The translations under genes and the position numbers were made by a program. Under the pieces are notes generated by a model. The model was not told the DNA's origin. It searched no databases and worked only from the letters and a program-made list of their open reading frames with translations. Shown here in pieces: positions 1 to 13,000 of a DNA stretch of 64,000 nucleotides (the first letter of the stretch is position 1; the number at the start of each line of letters is the position of its first letter). This DNA comes from Protoeuglena noctilucae (taxonomy: Eukaryota). Location of the stretch: the NCBI GenBank assembly GCA_958009085.1, contig OY253677.1:682001-746000 (forward strand), written 5' to 3'.

Positions 1-701
1 TTGCAATGCGATAGCCAGCCAGACGGGGTTCACCCACATCAACCTGGGCGACCTCGTCAAGGAGAGGGAGCTGCACGACGGCTACGACGCGGAGATGGAC
101 TGCTACATCCTCGACGAGGACAAGGTGCGTGAGGGTGTTTCCTACGCTTTCGTCGGTGCGGCCGGGCGGTCCGTCCCGCCCCCGCGGCCCGCGCTGCAGC
201 GCAACTTGCCAACCCTAATTCCGCTGGCATCGGTGTCGCCGACCGGCCGCTCGGTCCCGCGCGGCAGGTCTGTGACGCGCTGGAGGACCAGATGGACGCG
301 GGCGGCAACATCGTCGACCACCACTCGTGCGACTTCTTCCCCGAGCGTTGGTTCGACCTGGTTGTCGTGCTGCAGTGCGACAACACGGTCCTCTGGAACC
401 GCCTCGAGAAGCGCGGCTACTCCAAGAGCAAAATCCAGGAGAACGTGCAGTGCGAGGTGACCGCGCGGGCTCTCGGGACGTCCGCAGCTCCCGATATGCA
501 ACGTGCGACCGTTCTTTTGCTCATTATCATCGCCGCGACGCGCCTCACCCTCCGCCGCAGATCATGATGGTGAAAGCTGAGGAGGCCTCCGAGTCCTATC
601 GCCCCGAGATCGTCAAGTACCTCCGCAGCGACTCGGTTGATGACATGGAACGAAACACCGACACGATCGTCGACTGGGTGCGCGCCGTCGCGCCATGCTG
701 A
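1..701 (+). CDS. AK6: Adenylate kinase 6 / Fap7 / hCINAP homolog (5' partial, 3 visible exons)
   Basis: Spliced translation ...[107 protein letters not shown]...VAPC*. GT-AG introns at about 125-267 and 457-560. The D(Y/H)[17 protein letters not shown] motif is typical of AK6. Confidence 0.93.
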
Positions 702-1431
702 CGGACGCGGCCGGTCGAGGACTCGAGACGTTGCTTTTCGCGTCCCGCGGCTCCCTCCGCCGTCAGGTCTCGCCCCTCAGTCGCCTTGGCAAGACCCTCA
801 CTTTGCGTGTTGGTTCCTGTTCCCACCCACCCCACCTTTGGTTCTCAGCCCCCCGCCCACCCCGTTGCATCGCACTGTTCTATCTTCCTTGATCCAGAGC
901 TGCTAGCCTCTCGAAGAAGATTCGGCGCAGTCGCTTAGCTTCACACCCAACAGGCGCCATCGTCGCACGCTATCGGGTTGTGTTAGAGGTTCACAACGCG
1001 TCACCCTCTATGCAAGCCACACTCACAGTAAGGACAAGACAGTTGCATGGCTTCGCACGGAAAGACCCACGAAAGCAGCCCCACGCATCTCCCTCAGCCC
1101 CCTCTCAGCCCCTCTCACCCCAACTCCCTCATCTCTCGCCCCCAGTGCCTCATCCCATCACCCCCACATGGCCACATTGGTCGAGAACGACCTCGTCCGC
1201 CCCAAGCTCTCCCGCGCAGGGAATCCACCTGCTGGGAAATCCACCTGCAGCCTCGGCAACGCCATCCCCTCAATCCCATCGCGACCACCCAAGCGACTCC
1301 TATCGCTGGCCGCCCTCGTGGGACGCTCCTTGACAACACGCACCCCCGCACCCGCCCCCGCCCCACTCTCCCCCGCCACCCCGCGCCCTTCCCCCCGCCT
1401 CTCCGGCGCCTCAAACCACAGCGGCGGCGCC

Positions 1432-4400
1432 TCAAAACACCGACGCCCCACCCGCCCGCGCACCGCCAAACACCTCAGCGCTCCTCCCGCGCGACTCGCT
1501 GACCCCCGCATCCCCACGCTTGGCCCTAGATGACGACCCCGGTCTGTCACGCGCTGCCCCCTCCTCGCCAGTCCCAGAGCTCCCGCCCGCCTTCGCCTGG
1601 CCCGACTCAGCGCCTCGGCCCGACAGTGCGGAGAGCAGTCCTCGGGACACAGACACGGCCGCGGCCAGGAGCAGCCGCCGCTTCCATTTGGGGTGGGCGT
1701 TGCGGGTGCGACGCGCGCGCCTGATCATCGCAGCTGCAACAGGGTGGGAGGGGTGGGGTCACTCGTCGATAACTGTACATTTGCAGTGCAGTCACCGCCG
1801 CCATAGGCCTGACTTAGCACAGTAAGTGCTCACCCCACCACAAGCAGCGGTCACCGCACACCATCTTCACCCCAGCCGCTGCTCACCGCTGGGTTGGCTC
1901 ACCCCACAACAAACAACACAGCACTCATTAAGCCCAAATCAGCCAACACTCATTCATCGCTCGCCCCACCCCCTTCAAATCCCTCACCGCTGGGGTCGGC
2001 TCACCCCACCACAGACAACACAGCACTGATTCACCTCAACACAATACTCGCCCCGCCCCATGCATCCCTCACCGCTGGGGTCGGCTCACCCCACCCCATA
2101 GACATCAATCCCCACAACACTCACTAAGCACCCCCCCGTCCCCCTGCACCCCTCACCGCTGGGATCGGCAAGCCCCGCCCCTCCGCTCCCCACGATGCGC
2201 TGGAACTCCCGGAAGGCGTTCTCCTGGTTACGCATGACGCTGAGCATGCCCTTGGCCACGACCGCGTTCACGATCGCGGGGTTGAGGCCCCCGTTGTCGT
2301 AATAAAGCGTGTCCACCTCCACCGCTGGGCCGTCGGGGCGCGTGGTTACCTGACGCATCGCGCCGCACGACACCATGTCTCTGACGTCGAAGCAGCGGCC
2401 CCGGCGCTTCACGACGGCCTCGGCGGCGTGCGACGCGGCCCTGCTGATGAAGTAGACAACCGGCTGGGGGGAGGAGGGCTGCGGGGGGGGGGGTGCGGGG
2501 GATGCAGTAAGTGTGTCGCGAGGGAGGGTATGGATGGTAGAGTGAAGTGAGTGACGTGGTACTTAGACTAGCGCAGCAGGGGACAGCTCGCAGCTGTCAG
2601 TACCACCCCTGCTGTCACCCCCGCCACCCCTCACCCCCCGCGCCGCCGGCGTCGACCCCGGCCCGGCGACCGGCACGGCCTCAAACACCCTCCGCGCGTA
2701 GGTGTAGTCCCTCTGGGCGAACGGCGGCGGGAACTTGACCCGGTTGTACATGTACGCGCACTCGGGGGTGGCCGCGTCCAGCTCCGGCTGCCACCCGGGC
2801 TGAGCCGGGTCGGCCGGCAGCACGTGCACGCACAACAGCGAGTCGTCAAAGGCCTTTCTAGCCAAGTCGTCGAAATGGAAGCGGCGGTACGTCTCCAAGT
2901 CCGCGTGGAAGTACACGGAACGTGCTTTGTAGATCATGAGCCCCGCGCGCCACGGCCGGCGCCACAGCTCGTACCGCATGCTTTCGGAAGCGAACCCCGT
3001 GACCCGGTCCCACCCCTCGGAGGGAGAAGGGTGGGTTGAGGCTCTGCCCGTGCCGTCGTTGGGGCGAGTGTCCACGGACTCTGCGCCGGACGAGGCGCCG
3101 TGGGAGCCGTCGGAGCGAGGGGACGCGGCGGTGGCAGCGGTGGTAGTGGCGGCTGTGTGGGTGGCGGCGGCGTGGGTGGCTGTTGCTCCGGTGGCTGCTG
3201 TCGCACTGGTGGTGGTGGGTGCATTAGCAGCTGCTGTGTTGGCTGCCGAACGGGTGGCTGTCGCATGGGTGGCTGCACGGGTGGTTGCGTTGGCAGTCGC
3301 ATTGGCGACTGCCGCGCTAGTTGCCACAATGGCACCCGCTGTGCGTGAGGGAGAGACCGGGGATGTGACTCCCGAGCCCCTCGCCGTCTCCGTCACTCCC
3401 TCATGTCCCGTAATCAAGGGTCCCGCCGACAGCCGCGGGGGCCCAAACAGCGACCCAGGCGCCTGGGACAGCGGGTGGGGTATACCCAGCCTGACCAGGT
3501 CCGCGTCCGTCACGCCGTCTCCCAGCATGTAGCGGAACTGCAGGAGATCCGACTCGGTGATGAGGCGGGCGACGTGGGCGGGGGAGTAGCCCTCGACGTG
3601 TCGCCTGGCGCCCATGGCGTGGACGGGGGGCGATCCGGGGGAGGCGTGCTTGTGGGATGCCTGGGGGGGGATGAAGGGGGGATGGAGTTGAGGGCGGGTG
3701 GTGGAGTGACCAGGCAGGCTCGGCTTAACAGCGGCAACCCAACCACGCAACGTGCTGTGTAAGCCGAGCACAACGCATAACATGCTGTGCACTTGATGAC
3801 TGCACTGGCACCCCTTCCCACCCCTCGCCTGCGACGCCCGCTTGAGTGCCGTCCCCGCCCACTGGCTCCACCGCACGACCGCAACGGGCACCTCTCTCGC
3901 CTGCCTAACCATCGCCAGGCATGCCTCGACCGAGTAGTTGCCCAACGCCTGCACCCCGACCAGCACCACCTGCACCAGACCCAACAGTACCCCCAGCAGC
4001 GCTCCTACTAGCACCGACACCCCCGCCACCACCCGTAGCAATAGCAGAGCCGGCCACAGGCACCACACCGCCACCGCTCGCGCGACCTCCGCCGGCGTCG
4101 CGTCCGCGAAGAGCTCGTCCGCGTCGACCCACGAGTCCATCAGCAGCCACCCGAATTGTGCCGTCTGCGTGCTCGCGTCGCGTTTGCGGCCCCACCCGGG
4201 GACCGAACCCCACGCGTCCCCAGCCACCCCCGCGCAGCCCTTCAGGTTCCCGAACGCAAACCCGGAATCCACGTCCACCCGCTCTGGCGCGCTCGGGCGG
4301 TACCATTCTCCCACACATGAAACGGGGGCGGCCCGCGTCGCGGTCTCGGCGTGCCGCCCGGCTGCGGCTGATGACAGCGCCGGGGGCGACGGCGGGAGCT

Positions 4401-5344
4401 CCCCGGTCGACATGCTCCTCCTCCGCAGCATGCGCGCCGTGATGGGGTGCACGGAGCCTGAGTCAGCCGACTCAATCGTAGCGACCCCCGCAGCAGTCTT
4501 GAGCGGTGTTGTGGGGGTGGACCTGAAGGCCCCCAGCACCGCATCCCAGGCGCCGAAGAACGCGGAGGGCAGGGTGTGGAACACACCATCGCCACCGTGC
4601 GATGTCGCCGGGTGGCGCGGCGGGGTGGTGACAGTGTCTGGGGTTGAGAGCGCGACTTCGGACTCGTCAATGGGACCCAATGGGGCGTCCCATTCGTGAG
4701 TGACGAAGTGGGAGTGGATACCGACGCCCTGGGGCCCGTGGAGGCGGGGCTTGGGGGATGGGGCTTGCGACGACCTGCGAGGGGTGGGAGGAGAGCAGCG
4801 GGGTTACTTAGTGAGTGGTGGGAGAGTAGTAATGGGACAAAGGGAGGTGAGAGAGAGGGGGGGAGCATCGCAACGTCGCGGCAGGCCACTCAGTGAGTGG
4901 TTGGAGAGAGGGGAGGGAGGTGGGGCGTGTGGCAAGGCTCGTGGCAAGTCGTCACCTGCCGTCGCATGCCACGTCCTCGCTCCCCCGCACGCTGCCGACC
5001 GGGCACGTGCTGCTCGTCGCGTCTTTCTCCGCTCCGTCGCCCTCCTCGGCCGGCCCCTTCAGCGCGCGAAGGGCCCTCCCCGCGCCCATCAGAACGTGCC
5101 CCAGAGCGCAGATGGGACCCAGCGGACGCCTCCCGCGGCGCGAGGGGGACTCCGCGATCACGCAGGGAGGTGCGCTGCGTGAGCTGAACTCCCGAGAGGG
5201 CCGCCGCGGCGGAGTCGCGGGGATTTCCAGGCCCGCAGGCCGCTGCGACCATGGCCCCGCCTCCCGATGCGACTCCGCGCGCGCCCCGGACGGCGTCGCC
5301 GGAAGTCCTAGCTCTACCGCTCCGTCCAGCTCGTCCATATCCAT
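1432..5344 (-). CDS. START (StAR-related lipid transfer) domain protein with an N-terminal hydrophobic segment and an Ala/Thr-rich insertion
   Basis: ATG 5344 and phase-consistent GT-AG introns near 4775-4955, 2463-2629 and 1734-2156. START-like motifs GWDRV...YELWRRP...IYKARSVY...FHFDDLARKAFD...YNRVKFPPPFAQRDYTYARRVF and C-terminal LNPAIVNAVVAKGM. The exact 3' end is uncertain; an alternative frame runs to about 1158. Confidence 0.8.
1826..2160 (-). repeat. Intronic repeats containing copies of the START-gene donor junction
   Basis: CTCACCGCTGGG(G/T)T(C/T)GGC occurs at about 1882, 1983 and 2068; the live junction CCTCACCGCTGGGATCGGC is at about 2151. Confidence 0.85.
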
Positions 5345-6217
5345 CGAACCGCTCGCGCTCGGGCCGCGGGACGCCGCACGAGGCGACTCGCGGCCTTGAC
5401 CCGGCTGCCCCGCGTCGTCCGGATACGCACTGACCACGGGTGCGCACAGCTGCAAGCGAGAACAAGCAGTGACTCGCGGCGGTTCATCGGGTCGCGCGCC
5501 CAGTGTCCCGCGCCCCATGCCACCCTAGCGATGGGTCACCTTCGCAAGCTCCTGGAAGGAAGGGGCGGGCGTTATGTGCGGGAGGTCGTGGCTCCGGAGT
5601 CTCTCGCGACGACCGCCCAACCCCGCCGCCGGCTCGCCCAGCGACGGGGCCTCGTCAGCGCCCATGACTACCTGTCCTGGCCCCCAGGCCTCCCTCACGG
5701 GACTACGTCCAGCACCCCAAATCCCTTTGCCTTCGCATGCGTTTGGGCTGCCGCTCCCCGGCGCTCCGAGCCCCGCCACCCCACGTGGTGGGCGCCACCC
5801 GCCGAGTTGGGTGAGCGATTAAATCCGGCGTCTGTGGATCGGCACGTCGCTCCCGGTGTCGCACAACGCAAAGGGAGAATCTAAGAAGGCTGAAATCGAT
5901 GCATCAACCGTGAGCAGGGCCGCGGGAAGGGGCTGTGCGGCCGCTGATTTGCCACAGAGCCTACAACGCGATAATGAGGAGGGCTCTCGGCTGCCTGGCG
6001 ATGTGATCGTGAGGCATTACACGAACAATGTCCACGGCTCGCGGTTTGCGGGGCTGTCTCGGGCGGGTTGGACGCAAAACCGAGGACACACTCGTTTCTG
6101 ACAAATGGCCGCAGCTTGATTGGTCGCCTTTGCAACCCCCCTCACCATTTCTTCACACTCTTTGCACCTGTCGATCCACCCGCCCCGCTTTCCATCCAAC
6201 CGCGAACCACGGCATCG

Positions 6218-8303
6218 ATGTTCACCGGGACCGTCAAGATCGCTGACCTGAGTGATTTCATCAGCCCCTCGCAAGCGTGCGTCGTCAAGCTCGACGGCTC
6301 CAAGGCAAGCGCGGACAGGGCACGTTCGTTGAGGGTCCGGCTGGGTCGGAGAAGCCGGCTGCATTCCCACGCTCTCGTGCGCCGCCATCGCGCGCAGGTT
6401 GAGAAGGAGGACGACAGGGACAGCGGCCTCGTCGGGCTCAATGCGAGGGCACTGAGGCGGCAGCCCGGACTGGGCCCGGTGTCGGCCCAGGGGGGCCGCG
6501 ACGCCGGCCCCGTGAAAATCACCCTGCACGACTGCCTGGCGTGCAGCGGGTGCATCACAAGCGCGGAGACGATTCTTCTTGGTGAGATCGTGCTCCGGCG
6601 ATTGCTCTCGCGGACTAACTCGGCCCTCGCTGATGCGCCGGGCCCGTCACGCGCTGCGCCCGCTTCCTCGTGCAGAGCAGCAGAGCGCGGGCGAGGTGTG
6701 GGCCCGCCTGCGCGACCCGGACAGCGTCGTCGTCTTCACGGTATCTCCCCAGTCCGCGGCGTCCCTCGCGGCGCACTACGGCGTGTCGCTCCCGTCTGCG
6801 TTCCTCCGCATCACCGCCTTTCTCCGCTCCGCGGGCGCGCGCCACGTCCTCGACTCCGCAGCGGCTCGCGAGGTATCTCTCATCGAGAGCGCCGTCGAGT
6901 TCGTGGACCGCTGCCGCGACGCGCTGCGCCGCGCGTCGGGCGCAGAGGCGGGGCCGCCAGCCCCCACGCAGCTCCCGCTCCTGGCCTCCGCCTGCCCCGG
7001 ATGGGTGTGCTTCGCGGAGAAGCAACACGGGGGCTACATCCTACCGCACATCAGCGCCGTCAAGAGTCCCCAGGCGGTCATGGGGACCTTCGTGAAAGGT
7101 CACCTCTCCCAACGCATGGGCTACGACCCCCGCCGCGTCCACCACGTCGCCGTCATGCCATGCTATGATAAGGTGAGAATGAATAAAGCGATATGTGCAG
7201 TAACAGGCGCGACCGGTCCGCGCAGGGCTTCGCCTGGGCTGCACAAATGAGCATGTTGCACTGCGCCAAGCCCCCAGCAATTCACTGCAGCTCCTGCGAT
7301 GTCTCGTAATACGAGTTATCCTCATTTTTACCTTTTTTCGATGTCGCAGAAGCTAGAGGCCGCGCGCGAGGACTTTCGGGAGGACGGCGTGGCGGGGACC
7401 GACACCGTCCTGACCACAGCCGAGCTGCACGGCATGATGGCCGAGGCAGGGGCGGCGTTCCTCGCACTGCCGGACGACGCGTCGCAGCTGGGGCTGCCGG
7501 GGAGCCCGGACCGGCTGATGAGTATGTTTGACGATCAAGGGCGCATGCTGGGGTACCCTGGGGGCAGCGGGGCCTACCTGGAGTGTGTGTATAGGCACGC
7601 GGCGAGGGAGCTGTACGGCCTGAGCGTTGGGCCTGGGCCGCTGCCGTCGACGCCGGTGCGTGGGACGGATTTCCGAGAAGTGACGCTCGGCGGGGGTGGG
7701 GAGGGTGGCGGGGGTGGCAGGAGTGGCGAGGGCCGACCGATGCTGCGCTTCGCCTATGCTTACGGTTTCAAGAGCATCCAGGGGGTGGTGCGTCGCGTGA
7801 AGCGAGGGCAGCCGGGCTACGATTACGTCGAGGTCATGGCCTGCCCGTCTGGGTGCCTGAATGGCGCCGGGCAGATGGGGGCGGGCGGGGGGACGGGGAC
7901 GGTGCAAGAGCGACTGGACGCTTTGGACAGGGTGTACCACGGGCCGGAGGTGAGGAGGAATTTGTGTGCTTTGATATTGTTACTGTGCTGTGCTGTGGGC
8001 GGTGGGTGAAATGGCTCTGCGGAGGCTGCAGTGCGCTGCGGGGGGTGGCAGAGTGGGTGGTGTACAGTGGCCAGGGGTGGCACTGGGGTGGTGCTGTGCT
8101 GTGCTGTGTAGTGGCGGTGATGTCAATGTCTCGTCCCGGCATTGCAGGTGGTGCCAAGAGACCCCTGGGAGAGTCCGACAGTGCGTGCTCTGTATGCGGA
8201 ATGGATACAGGACCAGCCGGGGAGTGCGCGTGCCAAGGCGTTACTGCACACAGCGTACCACCCGAGAGAGCAGTCGGCGGCTGCCAAGCTGTCTGACTGG
8301 TGA
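6218..8303 (+). CDS. NAR1: Cytosolic Fe-S assembly factor NAR1/IOP1/NARFL (FeFe-hydrogenase-like)
   Basis: MFTGTVKIADLSDFISPSQACV, ITLHDCLACSGCITSAE, LASACPGWVCFAEK, SAVKSPQ, VMPCYDKKLEA, YVEVMACPSGCLNGAGQ, and terminal LLHTAYH...DW*. Four introns; the first is GC-AG (6305-6397). Confidence 0.95.
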
Positions 8304-9130
8304 GCGATAGCGTCGTTCGACCTCGCGCGGTGCGAGCGTCGACCCTGGCCACTGGCACAACCACGGTGCCACTTGCATGTCGGTCATCGCCAGAGGCTGA
8401 GACTGGCTAGATGCCCCTAGACGTGCTTTCTGTCTATAATCACTCGTCTTAACGTTCAAATGGCGTCGATGAAAGATCAGAGCGTCGAAAGGGTGTCGTG
8501 GCAAAAGCCACGAGTGCGTGCGTGCTTGCATGTGCATGTGTATCGGCAAGCGGTCCATCCCATCTCCAGGCATCAATGCGCGCCCCGGTGCGCTGCGTGA
8601 GAGGAACTCGAGTCACGGAAAGCCTCTGAGCCCCATCTAAGTTGTCTAGGCGGGCAGGGCGAAGGCAGATGGCACGGGAATGCGCCACCATGCCAACACA
8701 CTGCCCTGCGCTGAGGGTCGCATGGGCCGGGAACTATACCCCTGCATCGCGAGAAAAGGCTCCCACGACGCGGAAACAAAAGTGGTTCTCATGACGTGTC
8801 GCTAGGACACCTAGGGCCTGGCTACTCGGTGATGACTACCACTGCATGTGCGTGTGTGCGTGGCGGTGATGGCGAAACGGGAGTTGGGCGGGGACCACCC
8901 CGTCCCACCATGGGAACGCACGGACTAAGGCTGACTCCTGCATTTCCAGGAGCGTTGGCTCTGGAAGTGAGCCCCGCGACGCGTGGGACTGAGGTGCGCG
9001 TCGCAAGGGGCGCCTACTTGCGACATACGGGGGTGCATGTCGCGGTGTGGGGGGTACCAGTCGCAGCACGGTGGCACCGTGGTGACTAGTGTACGGAGTA
9101 GTACTCGCGGGGCGATGCCAGGTGTCATTG

Positions 9131-9831
9131 TCAGGCGATGGTGATGACCTGCTCTCTCGGGTTCTCTACCTTAACCTTTGGCACGCCGTCGACCAGGATG
9201 GAGTAGCTGCCGTCGCACTTGATCGGGAACCGGCCGCCCATGGAGCTCACGAACTCGCCGGTGGCGTTGTTCAGAACGCCAATTGAACCCTCCTTTACGT
9301 CTGCGTGCAAAAGTTATTGCGCTTGTATGTCTATACGCATACGTTGATGGCTGCAACACGCCGCCTCCTCTGCGACCGCCCGGATCAGGGCATATTGTCG
9401 TTGATTAGCACCTCACCGTGATCGTGCTCATCGGTGACCCAGACGCTGGCCAGCCCCTCGTCCACGACCGCCATGTGCAGCTTTCTTCCCCCTCCCAGCG
9501 AAATGGGCGCGCCACGGTGGCCCACGCCATTCTGGTACGAGAATGAGCCCACGATCGGCATCGGGGTTGGCTGTCCTGCGGGCGTCGGGGCGAGCGCGAT
9601 CGCGAAGTGGCTGGGCGGAATGCGAGGCACGCGAGGCGAACGCAGCGCGCGCACCTGGATGTTTCCTGCGCCGGAAACGGTAGATGTGATGCCGATCGGG
9701 TCGAGACACCTGCGGCCGCGGAAGGCGGCATGGCGCGGTGAGCAGGTGCGCTGGCGGCTTGCTTTGACTGGGCCGCCCAGCGAAACCGGTGGCTGGGAAG
9801 TCGCAGGGACCCCCTCATCTCCTGTCGACAT
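9131..9831 (-). CDS. Uncharacterised 150-aa protein, 4 exons
   Basis: Exons 9831-9763, 9709-9655, 9575-9417 and 9300-9131 join in phase to give MSTGDEGVPATSQPPVSLGGPVK VSRPDRHHIYRFRRRKHPG QPTPMPIVGSFSYQNGVGHRGAPISLGGGRKLHMAVVDEGLASVWVTDEHDHD VKEGSIGVLNNATGEFVSSMGGRFPIKCDGSYSILVDGVPKVKVENPREQVITIA*. Third codon positions are GC-rich. Confidence 0.7.
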
Positions 9832-10055
9832 CGCAGTTTCCCATGTCCGCTGCTCGCCTGGTCCGCGGGTGTCGGAGAACGACGGGGAGGACGAGCACGG
9901 ATGAACGAGCTGTTTCTTGGACCCCTCACGAGCCTCTGCGCTCCCTGGTCAGTGGCGGCACCCAGATCTTGTCGAGTTCTGTGCATCGGGGTCCGAATGC
10001 TTCAATCAACTACGCCGGCAGGTAAACGTCGCCCTGACACAGGCCTCCAGCAGCT

Positions 10056-13000
10056 CTATTGGCCGAGATTCACGCTCTGACGGAGCTGATAAAACCGCGC
10101 GATTTCCGCGTCCACGGCGCTGTCGCCCGTGAAGGGCGGAGAGGCGCGCGCCTGCCCCGCCCCGCTCCCCGCGCCCGTCTCCGGCCCCCGCGCCGCGCGC
10201 GGCGCGCCCCCGATGACCCCGATGCCCCCGTAGACAGCCGACGGACCTCCACTGCCCGTCACGGCGAGCCCCGACGCGTCCGGCTGCGAGGCGCGCGAGA
10301 TCCCTGGCCGCCCTGCGCCCGGCCCCATCCCTTGCGCCCCCGCGGCCAGCCCGGCCGCCCGGGCGTACGCCGCCGCCCCCGCCACCTGCGCTGGAGTTTC
10401 CGGAGGCGGCCGCGAGACCGGTCGCGCGGGCGCGGGCCCCTCTTCCCACGCTCCCCTTGCCGACCCGCTCGCCGGCCCGGGCCCGGGCGCCGCGCCTCCC
10501 CGCGCCTGCCGGGTCATCACCGCGAGCCATTGCTCGAAGTCCTTTTGCAGCTGCGCCCGCGATTTGTCCAGCAGCATTTGGATCTGCTCGATTTCGTGCT
10601 TCGTGTCCTTGAGCGCCTCGTAGGACTCCCGGTACACGCTCTTGCGGGACTGCGGGGACAGCACGTTGTGAAGAACTGCGAGGATATTAAGTATATGAGG
10701 CGCAGACGGCCCTACACAGGACAGAGTCGGTCTCGTTCAAGCTAGTTACACCGGCCACACCCGACATCGCATCCATCACCCATCGCCTTGTGCTTTCTGT
10801 TAGCATCCACTCCCAAGCTCACCTCGATGGCCGCCCGCAGCTGCTCCTCTTCCGGCGATGGCGGCGCCGTGGCGGGGTCCTTCCCCTCCGCGATGACCGC
10901 AGCCGCTGCCTTGAGGCGCACCCCCTCCAGCTGGCCACGCATGTCCTGCGAATAGGGAGGGGGACTGGCATGGTGACACAGTGACTGTTTTTGGATGACC
11001 GGCCACGCATGGCCTGCGGGGGTGCACAGGGCAGCGGAACAGCTGCATGGGGACAGCTTTCTGTCACCCCCGCTCGCCACCCCGCATCACTCCCACACCC
11101 TCGCCCTCCCACCCCCTCCACACTCAACAACCACTCACCCCCCCACCTGTATGTCCCACATTGCCGCATCCACACCCTGACACCCCCTCCACATTCATCT
11201 CTACCCATACACACACCCTCAACACTCAACACCCCCACCCCACCCCCCCACCTGTATGTCCCTCTTGGCCGCGTTGACCTCCTGCGCCAGCGCCTTGGTC
11301 GCATCGTACTTTGCCTTGAGCATCGCCTTGTTGTCCTCGATCGCCTGGTTCTTGCGGAAACTCTTTCGGAATATCTCGAAAGCACGACTACGGTCCGCCA
11401 GGACCGACGGGTCCATCAGGGCCTCCAGCGCCGCCGCGTCAGACACACCGGTGTCAGAGACGCCTGTGTCAGAGGCGCCCGTGTCGGGGGCGCCGGGTGG
11501 GGCGGCGGGCGGGCGCACGGCGGGGCGTGGGGTGGGGTGAGAGGTCCCCGGTTCGGATCCCGCCAGCGAAACGGCGACGGTGCTGGCGGCGACGGACGCG
11601 TCGTGGGGCAGCGGCGGGCCTTGCGTATGCGCCCCTTGTGCATGGCGGTCCCTCAGCCCCCGCCCCCCCGCCTCCATCTTGCTCAGCATGCTCACGAGGA
11701 CGTTGATCTCGTTGTCCCGGGCCTTCAGCTGCGCACGGAGCTTGCGTACCTGGTCTGCCAGGGCCGCTGCGGGGGGGTGAGGGTGGGTGGGTGGGTGAGT
11801 GGGGGTGTGGGGTGCGGGGGTGGTCGGGCAGGGGTGCGGATGGGTGGCGTTTGTGAGAGCTAAAATGTAAATGGCACAGGCGCTTGGACTTGTTAGCAAT
11901 CAGTTCGGAGCAGTCATGTGCAGCGGTCATGCCATCAACCACCCCATTACACACCCACCATCACCTGTCACTGTCCTCGCCGTCTCACCATACCCCTACC
12001 CCCCACGCACACCCATGCCCCTCACCCGCGTCTCCGCTCGCCTCCCCCTCGCCCCCGTCCTTCCCCGCCACTCCCACACTCGCATCCAAACCCCCACGAC
12101 CCCCCCCAGGCCCCTCCAACGACCTCACCCCTCCACCCCCACCCCCACCACCCGCACCCCCACCGCTCCGCCCCCCACCCCCCCCCCCGACCCTTTCTCC
12201 AACAGCATGTCCTTAAATGCCTTGAAAGCCCCCCGAATGAACTCAATGGACCCTCCCAGGTTCAAAGCAGCGTCTGGGTCGACGCTCCCCACATACTGCT
12301 CCACCATCTTGCGAACATGCGCGTGCTCTTCCGACGTCAGTGGGCCGCGGTCCTCGTCGCCGCCTTTCAGCAATCGAATCTCGTCTTTCAAGTCCCGCAC
12401 CTCCTGGCGAAGCCTGGGGGGTTGGGGGGTGGCGGGTGGGGGCTGGGGAGGGGGTGAGAGGGGAGCGAAGGCGGTGGTGGGCAGATGACAGTGGGAGCAG
12501 TGCTACTAGTGCTATCGCCATGACCACGACCAAGCAATTGGCCCAATCAAGTACTGGGCAGCAGCGCCACTGTCATCCACGCTCACCTCCGTATGAGCAC
12601 CTGCGGGTCCAAGCATCTCTGGTTTCTCACATATATGATCGTTTCCCATACGCTCGTCTCACCTTCTGATCATCACTTGCGGGTCGACGCCTCTTACCAT
12701 ACCTTCCATCACAACACCCACACCCACCCACCCTCTTCTCACCTCCTGATCAGCACCTGCGGGTCCACGTCCTCGTTGACCTGCACCTTGTTGGAGATCA
12801 TGGCCACCCCCTGGGCGAAGCGGCACGTGGAGATCGACTCGTCCAGCTGTCCCGGGTCGGGGGTCACGGTGGCCACCATGGTCATGCGGCAGTTGCCGCC
12901 TAACGAGTCGCGGAGGGCCTGGGGGGGAGTGGAGGGGGAGAGAGTTTAAGATAGGGGAGTGATAGTGAGCACGGTTGTGCGGCAGTTGCCGCCCAGCAAG

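Noticed and set aside
6218..8303. True [FeFe]-hydrogenase (HydA)
   Set aside because: The SACPGW motif, N-terminal DFISPSQAC and C-terminal Trp identify NAR1, and there is no transit peptide.
8796..9089. Faint resemblance to the beta-helix C-terminal cap (GAYLRHTGVHV versus GSTLRHSGCTV)
   Set aside because: Too short and weak to support; it lies in convergent 3' UTR or intergenic DNA.
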